A stretch of 63,723 nucleotides of DNA, counting the filler, from Octopus bimaculoides (taxonomy: Eukaryota): assembly GCF_001194135.2 (NCBI RefSeq). It is 7 parts of 7 records of this genome, joined end to end, with 100 filler letters (N's around TTAATTAATTAA, not from the genome) between each part and the next. Parts side by side here need not be neighbours in the genome. Positions count along the whole stretch, not along the records: positions 37,479 to 41,795 come from NC_069006.1; positions 41,896 to 62,370 come from NC_068982.1; 5 more parts are not named here. One strand, given 5' to 3'. The notes under the pieces are model-generated. The model was not told the DNA's origin, did no database searches, and saw nothing but the letters and a program-made list of their open reading frames with translations. Below, piece after piece: positions 38,629 through 49,495 of this stretch. A program made the translations under genes and the position numbers. How positions within the stretch are numbered: the first letter of the stretch is position 1; every line of letters begins with the position of its first letter.

Positions 38629-39284
38629 CATTACGTTCGTAGATTCCTTTTTATCATCCATATTCAGTTTACACGTCTTAACTGTTTCTAAGCACCAACA
38701 GCTTTATCTCGTTTCCATTAATCTCGTCGATGACGGCTTTATTTATTTATCTAAGTTTTCGCAATGGATCGATCGTTATTTTTCTCTATCTCTCATCGTC
38801 CATCTTTTGTTTTCGTTGTTGCACAGCCTGAATTTTCTTTTTTCTATTTACGGTTTACATCAGGAGTAAAAGGCACTGCTCAATACCTTTCCCAAAGGCC
38901 CTTCGAGATAAATTGGTGGGGTAAGTGAAAAGCGAAACGTCGACGTTTTAAACTCTAGAATTGTGATTTATCCTCTGAGCCAGCCAGACATTGGTCTGCA
39001 TACTTTCAACTGAGAAGTCCCTACTAAAGGTACGCAAGGACCAGAGAATGGTGTTAAACTGGGAGACAACAGAATAGATTCCGACAGCAAGATCTGAATA
39101 ATACACTGGAGAATAATCTTTAAAGCCACCTGGTTTTCAGATGTAATCCTTCGGCGGACCATCACCTCCTTCACCCATTTATACAAAATATGGCGATCCA
39201 GAGTACAATTTACTCTGACTTCGTTGTTATCGTTTTTGGGTTGAGTTTACATTGTTTTTTCGAATAATAATAATAATAATAATG

Positions 39285-39450
39285 ACCCTTTCTACTATAG
39301 GCACCAGTGGTACTTAATTTATTGCCCTCGAAAAGATGAAAGATAAAGTCGACATCGGCAGCATTTGAACTCGGATCGTGAAGATCGTAAAGAAAGCTGT
39401 TAAGTATTTTGTCCGGCGTGCTAACGACTCTGCCTGCTCGCTGCCTTAAA
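39285..39450 (-). mobile_element. SINE family 2
   Basis: Reverse complement of 27950-28090; (AAT)n on both sides. Confidence 0.8.
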
Positions 39451-39589
39451 TAATAATAATGAACGAGAGGGCAAAATACGAGATGACCACCAAAAATGGC
39501 CTTGGAAAAGTTTTCGGCGACATCACATAAACCAATCAAGATATTGTGTTTAAAACGGAAAAATGTCTATAATGAAAATTCATTACATT

Positions 39590-40190
39590 ATGTTCATTTC
39601 AAGAAGTTACTGTACATTGTTGATATTTCGTGAGACTTTCCATAGCTTGAATAATTGCTTCAAAGTGTCTGTGAAGAGATACGTACAAATCCTTCACCAT
39701 CTTCACAGGTATTAGATGCCATTCTCTGTGGCTGAACTCCCACAAATCTTCAAGATTGCGTGGATTCTTCTGACGAACTCTTCTCTTTAGTTCTGTCCAC
39801 ATTTGCTCGATGATATTTATGTCAGGGCTCTGAACTGGACAATCTTTCAATATGGTATCCCCTTCACCATCTAGACTCTGTTGTGTTGCACTCGATCTAT
39901 GGCATGGAACTTCGTCATGCTGAAAAATCTCACCTTCATCCATGCCTAGTATCAAATTGTCCTTCACCAACTGGAGGTATTTGGCACGATTCAAGTTACC
40001 GTCAATTTTAACCAACTTTCTTCAACCGTCACTTTTTATGTATCCCCAGAGCATCAGACTCTTACCCCCAGAGCATCAGACTCTTACCCCCAGAGCATCA
40101 GACCTTTACCCCCAGAGCATCAGATTCTTACCTCCAGACTTTACGATTTCTGTTGTGTAACGTGGATCATTTCGCTTTCTCATAAGCGAG
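39590..40190 (-). mobile_element. Tc1-like transposase relic (catalytic C-terminal part, D35E spacing)
   Basis: NDPRY..IVKSGGKNLMLWG...FQHD-(35 aa)-E with QSPDINIIE; premature stop and 22-bp tandem amplification. Confidence 0.85.
40044..40131. repeat. 22-bp tandem repeat, 4 copies (ccccagagcatcagactcttac)
   Basis: Period of 22 nt counted directly. Confidence 0.95.
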
Positions 40191-40459
40191 AATTTGTCAG
40201 AGGGCCTCCAGGAAAGCCAAACGACCCCCGTTACTCGGCGAAAACAGTAAACAATAAACGTGTGTGTGTGTGTGTGTGTGTGTGAAAGAGAGAGAGAGAG
40301 AGAGACAATCCTTCGGTATTGGCAGACGATGTCATTTACCCACAGAACCTGTCCTCATAACATAAAGAGGCTAAGCTGAAAGAGAGGGAAAATGACGTCA
40401 TCCCCTCATACCTACACTCTGCAGACTAATACCGAATGATCACCATTTTATATATACTC

Positions 40460-40620
40460 TTTTACTCTTTTCAGTCATTTGACTGCGGCCATGCTGGAGC
40501 ACCGCCTTTAGTCGAGCAAATCGACCCCAGGACTTATTCTTTGTAAGCCTCTTTTGCCGAACCGCTAAGCTACGGGGACGCAAATACACCAGCATCGGGT
40601 GTCAAGCGACGTTGGGACAC
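40460..40620 (-). mobile_element. SINE family 1 tail; another tail at ~41645-41795 (-)
   Basis: cagtcatttgactgcggccatgctggagcaccgcctttagtcgagcaaatcgacccc. Confidence 0.85.
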
Positions 40621-40623
40621 ACA

Positions 40624-40656
<33 letters not shown>

Positions 40657-41554
40657 GTTGTGTGTTTGAAAGGATGTGTGTGTGTGTGTGTGTGTGCGCG
40701 CGCTTGTACAAATGTATGTATAAGCGCACGTTGTTGTAGTAGTAGTAGTAGTAGTAGTAGCTGCACTAGAAGCTGTCGTAACAGCAACAGCAGCAGTAGT
40801 AAGGTGATTGACAATTGATAACTGGAACAGAACAAAAACAGAATCCAAGAGAAATTGTTTGGGGTGGGGGTGGCGGCGACGGCGGTGATGTCAGTGCTCT
40901 ACCAGTTATCATGATCAAAGGCATACCAACCCAAACCCTGGCCCCTATTTTCAATCCCGAATTACATTATAATTCAGCGTGTCCTACTTTAAAGTCGGCA
41001 GGGTGCGGTCTGAGGGAGCTTTGCTGTTGTTTCTAGCAAGCCGAGAAACTACATTGAGGCTCTGATGGGGATGGAGGTAGTGCTGGTGGTGATGGTGGTG
41101 GTTGTGGTGGTGATGACGATGGTGGTAGTGTTGATAGTAATTCAGTGGCGATGAAGTGTCCGCGGAATGTCATCAGATGTAATCAATGTAATGTTTGAAG
41201 TTATGAAGTAATTAGGAGAGGAGAAACAGCAACCTAATTAACAACAACAACAACAACAACAACAACTATGATGATGACGACGACTGAACTAAAATCCATC
41301 AATCTCTAAAACTGGAGAACTAATAACGGAATCAATAATTAAGATAAAGAAAAAGAAACGTGATGACGTCATACGGTAGGTGGCAGCACTGTCTGGCATC
41401 ACCGATTGACTCTCCAGCATTTTTATTGCTTCCACGAAAGCTGGGAAATCTCTCTCACTCAACAACACTCTCTTCTCAAACGCACATTCATATCTGTCTG
41501 TCTGTCTGTCGATCTAACTATCTATCCACCTGACTCTGTCTGTCTGTCTCTCGG

Positions 41555-41588
<34 letters not shown>

Positions 41589-41611
41589 CACACAATTCTC
41601 CCTTTTTTCCT

Positions 41612-41645
<34 letters not shown>

Positions 41646-42338
41646 AATCTTTTACTTGTTTCAGTCATTGGACTGCGCCCATGCTGGGGCACCGTCTTAA
41701 AGAATATTTGTCAAACGAATCGACCCCATTGCTCTTTTGTTTTTTCTTAAGCCTACTACATAGTCTAGCGGTCGCTTTTGCCAAACCGCTGCGTGNNNNN
41801 NNNNNNNNNNNNNNNNNNNNNNNNNNNNNNNNNNNNNNNTTAATTAATTAANNNNNNNNNNNNNNNNNNNNNNNNNNNNNNNNNNNNNNNNNNNNCACCA
41901 CCACCAGTCCTGAAATCAAATAAACCCGTAGAAGCGACTGTGCGTGCATCAGGTCGTTTCTGCGCGCTTGTGTATGTGTGTATGTATGAGTCTATGTGTG
42001 TATGTATGAGTGTATGTGTGTATGTGCGCACGCGCGCGTTTCGGACCCGTCATTTTCTTTCCTTTTCCTTGTTGTTGTTGTATTTCCTTTCTTTTCTTAT
42101 AATTTTTTTAAAACTGCTTTGTTTTTTCTTCTTCAAATCTCTCCCTCTCCCCACTCCCCTCTCGTTTTATGTTTGTTTTATTGATGCCGCAGACAAGAGT
42201 TCAAACGCAACAACAGGTACAATAACATCTACAATTTCTTTTGGTTTTATTTTATAAGAAAAGTTACTAACTCCCTTGACCCCCACCAACTCCCTACAGG
42301 TATATCTTGCTTAATCCTGTTCAGTTGAAATAAGCCAG

Positions 42339-42414
<76 letters not shown>

Positions 42415-43526
42415 CACAGAGATTCATTATGACGTTGATACGTTGTAATGTTCCCGGCATAAATATAGGATCTTTTTGGTTTGACGGGCAACATTTTTCA
42501 TTTATGTTTTATGTAGTGTTTTGGTACCGAAACACTTTCAAACTTCGTATACTTGTATATTTTGTGTTATAGAACAGATAAAAATTTTTGTATTCGAAGT
42601 TATTTCATGTTAAAAATTGTNNNNNNNNNNNNNNNNNNNNNNNNNNNNNNNNNNNNNNNNNNNNNNNNNNNNNNNNNNNNNNNNNNNNNNNNNNNNNNNN
42701 NNNNNNNNNNNNNNNNNNNNNNNNNNNNNNNNNNNNNNNNNNNNNNNNNNNNNNNNNNNNNNNNNNNNNNNNNNNNNNNNNNNNNNNNNNNNNNNNNNNN
42801 NNNNNNNNNNNNNNNNNNNNNNNNNNNNNNNNNNNNNNNNNNNNNNNNNNNNNNNNNNNNNNNNNNNNNNNNNNNNNNNNNNNNNNNNNNNNNNNNNNNN
42901 NNNNNNNNNNNNNNNNNNNNNNNNNNNNNNNNNNNNNNNNNNNNNNNNNNNNNNNNNNNNNNNNNNNNNNNNNNNNNNNNNNNNNNNNNNNNNNNNNNNN
43001 NNNNNNNNNNNNNNNNNNNNNNNNNNNNNNNNNNNNNNNNNNNNNNNNNNNNNNNNNNNNNNNNNNNNNNNNNNNNNNNNNNNNNNNNNNNNNNNNNNNN
43101 NNNNNNNNNNNNNNNNNNNNNNNNNNNNNNNNNNNNNNNNNNNNNNNNNNNNNNNNNNNNNNNNNNNNNNNNNNNNNNNNNNNNNNNNNNNNNNNNNNNN
43201 NNNNNNNNNNNNNNNNNNNNNNNNNNNNNNNNNNNNNNNNNNNNNNNNNNNNNNNNNNNNNNNNNNNNNNNNNNNNNNNNNNNNNNNNNNNNNNNNNNNN
43301 NNNNNNNNNNNNNNNNNNNNNNNNNNNNNNNNNNNNNNNNNNNNNNNNNNNNNNNNNNNNNNNNNNNNNNNNNNNNNNNNNNNNNNNNNNNNNNNNNNNN
43401 NNNNNNNNNNNNNNNNNNNNNNNNNNNNNNNNNNNNNNNNNNNNNNNNNNNNNNNNNNNNNNNNNNNNNNNNNNNNNNNNNNNNNNNNNNNNNNNNNNNN
43501 NNNNNNNNNNNNNNNNNNNNNNNNNN

Positions 43527-43572
<46 letters not shown>

Positions 43573-44713
43573 CTTTCGCCGTTATGTAAAAGTGATGGCG
43601 GTCACTCTCTGCTTCCCACTTTGAAGCCGTGATGGATCGTCAGGAAACTGACTGACATCTTTATTGTTTACAAATGACTGTATAAAACATATAAATAAAT
43701 AAATGCAACATGACTTCTTCCGCCAATAATTTTGGATGGCACTAATACGTCACTCTCAGAATGATTCTTCCATTTATAAACATAAATTCAATGCAATAAA
43801 ATTTCTTTTCCTCAATAGGCCCTGCTCTATTTTTTACATTATCCCAAAACAAACCAAAGAAGATCCCGTCGCCTTCAAACGAAACGTGGTGCTATCAAGT
43901 TGGACTGGCCTGGGCCAGTCTTTAACCGAAACATAAATAAGTTATCTCGCATCGATTATAAAGTTTGTCACTGTTTATTTTGGTCAAAGCATTGTAAATA
44001 TTTATATCTGTTATGCCCATCCATAGTAATGTTGATGTTATTCCAACATAACTATGGATGGACATAAAAAAAACTAAATGCTGATGGTAGACTTACTACC
44101 GTTACTACTTATCATGTCTACCAACGTTTAAGACACGCTTTTCTTTTGTTTAAATGTATCCAAAAATAGCCTTACCAAGTAGTTGTGGGCTAAGGAGTTG
44201 GATACTTAGCACAATAATTGTTACTAATGGTAAAATATTGAAGACGGGTTAAAATAATACAAACTGTTGGCACAAACAAAAAATTGCTTAAGGAATGTCA
44301 GCAGTCACGTGGAGCGGTCACATGATCTTTTTAAACTTCCTTCCTCCAGCATTAACCCACACCTGATATCTGTCTTACGTTATTTAATGACTGTTTTTAC
44401 CTTTAAGAAAAATATATTATCTAAATGAAAAATTCTAGGAAAATGAAAGAAATGTTAAACTTTCATCCACCTGTTAGCTATTTACAACAAGTAGATTCCA
44501 CGGTGGTGCTCCAGCATGACCGCAGCCGCATGGCTGAAACAAGCAAAAGAGTACAACAAAACCATAGCGGTGGTAAGACACAGTGGCGCCTGATCGTGGT
44601 AACGCAAAACTTCATAAGGAACATTTACGATTTCTACGTCTGGCAATTCTCTTGGCTCAAATATTAAACAACCATGCAGTTGAAGGAATAAAAAAAAACA
44701 CTGAAATATGGCA

Positions 44714-44766
44714 CTATAATCTATCGCCCTATAATCTATCGCCCTATAATCTATCGTCCTATAATC
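44714..44766. repeat. 15-bp tandem repeat, 3.5 copies (ctataatctatcgcc)
   Basis: Read directly. Confidence 0.9.
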
Positions 44767-45739
44767 CATTCATGAATTTGTGGTTTGATCCCGTATTCCG
44801 CTATACTGTCCCAATATTGGATCTACATACACAGAATCTTACATCCCCCCCCCCCACCAAAGCACTTTGAAATACCTTTCTAGAAGTGTTTGATGAACCA
44901 TTCAATTTGTGTTTTCCACAAAATATACTTGTAAAATAGGGGTGTTTTATGCACGAGTGCGTCTCATACGTCGGCAAATACGTAAATATGTCGTTTTGTG
45001 TAACAACAACAACTGCTATCTCCTACAACAACAGTAGCAGTACTAACTGGACCTTTTCTGTTTGGCTGCACCGGTGGAAATTTCAGAGTTTATTGAAAAT
45101 TATGAAATTTAGAGTATTAATGTAATTTTCCAAACTGAATCTCAGGAGATATATCACTTTGTCNNNNNNNNNNAAAAAAAAAAAAAAAAAAAAAAACAGG
45201 GTTTGGAAACTGTCATTTCGTGCGTGACAGTAGGTGTTGTCAACTGTAAACAAATGAAATATTGGCGAAATTCTGCTTTACGTACGTCATATAACCCATC
45301 ATGGCTTTTATATTTTGGGAAATTTTCGGAAAATTTTTGTGAATTTGTATTCTACACTCGGGAATTCATACGATTATGCAAAAGCCAAAACAAAAAAATT
45401 TGGGCTACGTGATTTAAGGTCTATTTAGCTGTTATCTTTAGCGCATCTTACCATCACCTCAATGAATTGAATATATCTGTCAACACGTGATATCTCATAG
45501 CCAAAAGAGTTCTCTTGCTTGGTTTGTTACTATCGAAACAGGCATGAATGTGTCCATAACTTACGATTGGTTAAAATTACTCAAAATTTGCAAACTTTAA
45601 ATGCTAATAACTCTATTGATTTATGGCGAAAGCGAGTTTTATGGCATTGATTAGCATATAAAACTAAATCATTACACCCAATATGAAATCAATTCGAACA
45701 AAAATTGAAGAGATTGAAATTTGGCAGCCATACAGAAAA

Positions 45740-46243
45740 GATCCTTACTGGATCATTAACACATACATATGAATGTTAACATAAAGCTGAAGATCAGTCA
45801 AAAAGAGAACACCTATGCGGAACTATTGAGAAATCTGAAGTTACTCTCTCCAGATTACAAGTGCAGGTTTATACTTGTAATTATTGGGGCCCTGGGATAT
45901 GTAACACACTGCCTAAATACCAATCTCGAGAAATTAGACTTCTCAAAACCAGAAAGGAGAAAGCTAATTCGAAGACTACAGATCCAATCCATCACTGGAA
46001 CTGTAAAAACCTGTAAAACTTTACAGAAGTTTATCATTTAAACATATATGAGCATGTCTAGACATGCAACTATATGCACGAGACTACATACATAAGCAAA
46101 ACACAAATCTGCACGTATACATACGTACATACATACATACAGACATACATACCCTGTTGTTGATGTTGAAATTCCAATAAAGGAGCTTTGGATCTAGGTT
46201 AGAAACCGGCTCTTTCTCTATTGGCAAGAAATTTTGAAATAAT
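45740..46243 (+). mobile_element. R4-like LINE 3' end (lineage C)
   Basis: ORF 45769-46041 ...FILVIIGALG...SITGTVKTCKTLQKF; 3' tail motif gaaaccgg...tggcaaga shared with ~49455. Confidence 0.8.
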
Positions 46244-46244
46244 C

Positions 46245-46440
46245 CTTTCTAATATAGGCACACGGCCTGAAATTTGTGGGAGGGGAATACATCGACCCCA
46301 GTGCTTCACTGGTACTTAATTTATCGACCCTGAAAGGAGGAAAGGCAAAGTCGACCTCGGCGGAATTTGAACTCAAACGTAGCGGCAAACTAAATACCGC
46401 TAAACATCTCAACCGACGATTCCGCCATCTCGCCGCCTTT
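46245..46440 (-). mobile_element. SINE family 2
   Basis: Reverse complement contains gagttcaaattccgccgaggtcgactttgcctttc. Confidence 0.85.
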
Positions 46441-46619
46441 TTGAAATAATGACATAATACATACATACATACATACATACATACATACATAAAGCTAATC
46501 ACTTTAAAACATGAACTCAGGACGATGAGCGAGAAACTCCGCAATCGCATGCGAATTTTTGAACAAGCATCGACCGCAAGTTTGCTTCTAACCCTCAAGC
46601 ATTATACAGAGAGATGAGG

Positions 46620-49495
46620 AAGGAAAAGATTACCATTAAGAAAGCTCCCTCCTTAAGATCTACAATCATTCTGGTAAAAAATTTGGAACGAAAAGTGGGA
46701 GTTCAACCTGAATGCATCATAGTTAAATGCAATTGAGAGAGAATACTGTACCAACACTAATGGTAAAACATACAAAATTGATGCATAAACTTTCGCTATA
46801 GCAGTAGGGAAACCGCAGAATAGGAAGGCACCTGGAAGGGACCTAATAGTTGGATATTGGTACAAGAAGCTGACATTTTATAGAAACCAATTGATATGTA
46901 CGTTCAAAAGGACTATGGAAGGTCAGACTGATAGGCTACATTGGCTTGCTACAGCAAGGATAAATCGTGTTGCCAAAAATGAAACCACTGAGATGGCGGG
47001 AAACTACAGGCCCATCGCTTGCCTAAACATTATGTACAATTTGTACACAAGTTGCCTCAACCAATTCCTCCAGGACCATTGTGAGTCGAACAACATTGTG
47101 ACTGATGAACAGGCTGGTGGAAAGAAGGGAATGTGGGGATGTGCCGAACAACTTTTAATAAACAAAGCTGTACTGTCTGAAGTAAGAAAACAACGCGGAA
47201 ACCTTGTAACAGTATGACTTGACTATAAGAAGGCATTCGACTCAATCCCTCAATCATGGCTGTTGAAGTGCCTACATCTGGCAAAGGTACCTACTACCTT
47301 CGTTGCTGCTATAGAGAGACTCACAAAGACATGGACAACTATTCTTACACTTACAGCTGAGAACAGAATAATTGTTTCTGATAGTATAGGCATTTCAAAG
47401 GGAATATTCCAGGGAGATAGTCTTTTTGTGCTTCCTTTCATTTTGGCACTGAATTNNNNNNNNNNNNNNNNNNNNNNNNNNNNNNNNNNNNNNNNNNNNN
47501 NNNNNNNNNNNNNNNNNNNNNNNNNNNNNNNNNNNNNNNNNNNNNNNNNNNNNNNNNNNNNNNNNNNNNNNNNNNNNNNNNNNNNNNNNNNNNNNNNNNN
47601 NNNNNNNNNNNNNNNNNNNNNNNNNNNNNNNNNNNNNNNNNNNNNNNNNNNNNNNNNNNNNNNNNNNNNNNNNNNNNNNNNNNNNNNNNNNNNNNNNNNN
47701 NNNNNNNNNNNNNNNNNNNNNNNNNNNNNNNNNNNNNNNNNNNNNNNNNNNNNNNNNNNNNNNNNNNNNNNNNNNNNNNNNNNNNNNNNNNNNNNNNNNN
47801 NNNNNNNNNNNNNNNNNNNNNNNNNNNNNNNNNNNNNNNNNNNNNNNNNNNNNNNNNNNNNNNNNNNNNNNNNNNNNNNNNNNNNNNNNNNNNNNNNNNN
47901 NNNNNNNNNNNNNNNNNNNNNNNNNNNNNNNNNNNNNNNNNNNNNNNNNNNNNNNNNNNNNNNNNNNNNNNNNNNNNNNNNNNNNNNNNNNNNNNNNNNN
48001 NNNNNNNNNNNNNNNNNNNNNNNNNNNNNNNNNNNNNNNNNNNNNNNNNNNNNNNNNNNNNNNNNNNNNNNNNNNNNNNNNNNNNNNNNNNNNNNNNNNN
48101 NNNNNNNNNNNNNNNNNNNNNNNNNNNNNNNNNNNNNNNNNNNNNNNNNNNNNNNNNNNNNNNNNNNNNNNNNNNNNNNNNNNNNNNNNNNNNNNNNNNN
48201 NNNNNNNNNNNNNNNNNNNNNNNNNNNNNNNNNNNNNNNNNNNNNNNNNNNNNNNNNNNNNNNNNNNNNNNNNNNNNNNNNNNNNNNNNNNNNNNNNNNN
48301 NNNNNNNNNNNNNNNNNNNNNNNGCTGAGAACAGAATAATTGTTTCTGATAGTATAGGCATTTCAAAGGGAATATTCCAGGGAGATAGTCTTTTTGTGCT
48401 TCCTTTCATTTTGGCACTGAATTCATTATCATTCCTATTGCAGAAAACAAATGGTTATATGCGAGGCTCTTTAACTGCTAGAAATATTAATGTAACTCAT
48501 AATTTCTTTGTAGACGACCTCAAGATTTATGCTAAAAGTGTTAATGCCAAAAAACAACTGAAGTTAATAACATTTTCAGCTGATATAGGCATAGAATTTG
48601 GCCAAAAGAAATGTTCGTATTTGGTTATAGAACGAGGAAAGTCAGTCCCCCAAATCCAAAACCTGTGCATCAACGATCTCTCTGTCTCCCCCCATTCCCC
48701 ACAAAGGATGTTACAAGTACCTAGGCATAGACGAAAAGGTATCATATGAAGGCACTGTGAATAAAGATAGTGACCCGAGAACATTACACCAGACTTGGGA
48801 AAATATGGCAGTCGGAACTCTCTTCTCACAAACAAACAATATCCCACAATGCATCTGCAGTACCAGTGCTGATCCCAACATTTGGGATACTTGATTGGTT
48901 TGTAGAAGAAATCCACTTCATAGATATAAAAACCCGCAAAATTCTGACAACTGGGGACTTCCACAGAAACAGTGATGTTGACAGGCTCTGCCTAAGAAGA
49001 AATGAAGGTGTCAGAGGCCTGAGATCAGTGCAGACGGCCTTCGAATGCCGTATGGTATCACTCAGGCAGTACCCAATGAACAACAGCAGCAAAAATAAAT
49101 ATATAAAAGAGTGCTGAAAAGTGAAGTGAGCAACATTGTACGAGTTGGCAGTGAACTCCTCAAGAAACGCTCTCTTCCTGATGATCTCCTATACAGCCCC
49201 GAAACAGCTGGGCTCTCTTACCTCAGAGAAGACCTGGATGGAAAGCATTCAGTATACCCCCCCCCCCAAAAAAAAGACCATACAAGTGCAATATTNNNNN
49301 NNNNNNNNNNNNNNNNNNNNNNNNNNNNNNNNNNNNNNNNNNNNNNNNNNNNNTTGAGTGGAACAGTAAAAACATGCAAGATTTTTCCCAAGTTCCAAAT
49401 GTGAATTTGTTTGTATTAACTACATCCCAAAGATGGAACCTTGTATCTTTGTTGGAAACCGGTTCCCTCCTCAGTGGAAGATTTATAATCATTAA
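46620..49495 (+). mobile_element. Decayed R4-like LINE (lineage C) with most of the RT domain
   Basis: NYRPIACLNIMY...LDYKKAFDSIP...GIFQGDSL...FFVDDLKIY (FVDD at 48507-48518)...DVDRLCLRR.EG.RGL...GTVKTCK; stops and frameshifts. Confidence 0.9.

Noticed and set aside
38925-38950. GAAACGTCGACGTTT palindrome resembling a hammerhead stem III
   Set aside because: No CUGAnGA core upstream
40044-40131. Short direct repeats as a possible CRISPR-like array (also 44714-44766)
   Set aside because: Head-to-tail repeats without spacers, no cas genes, eukaryotic context
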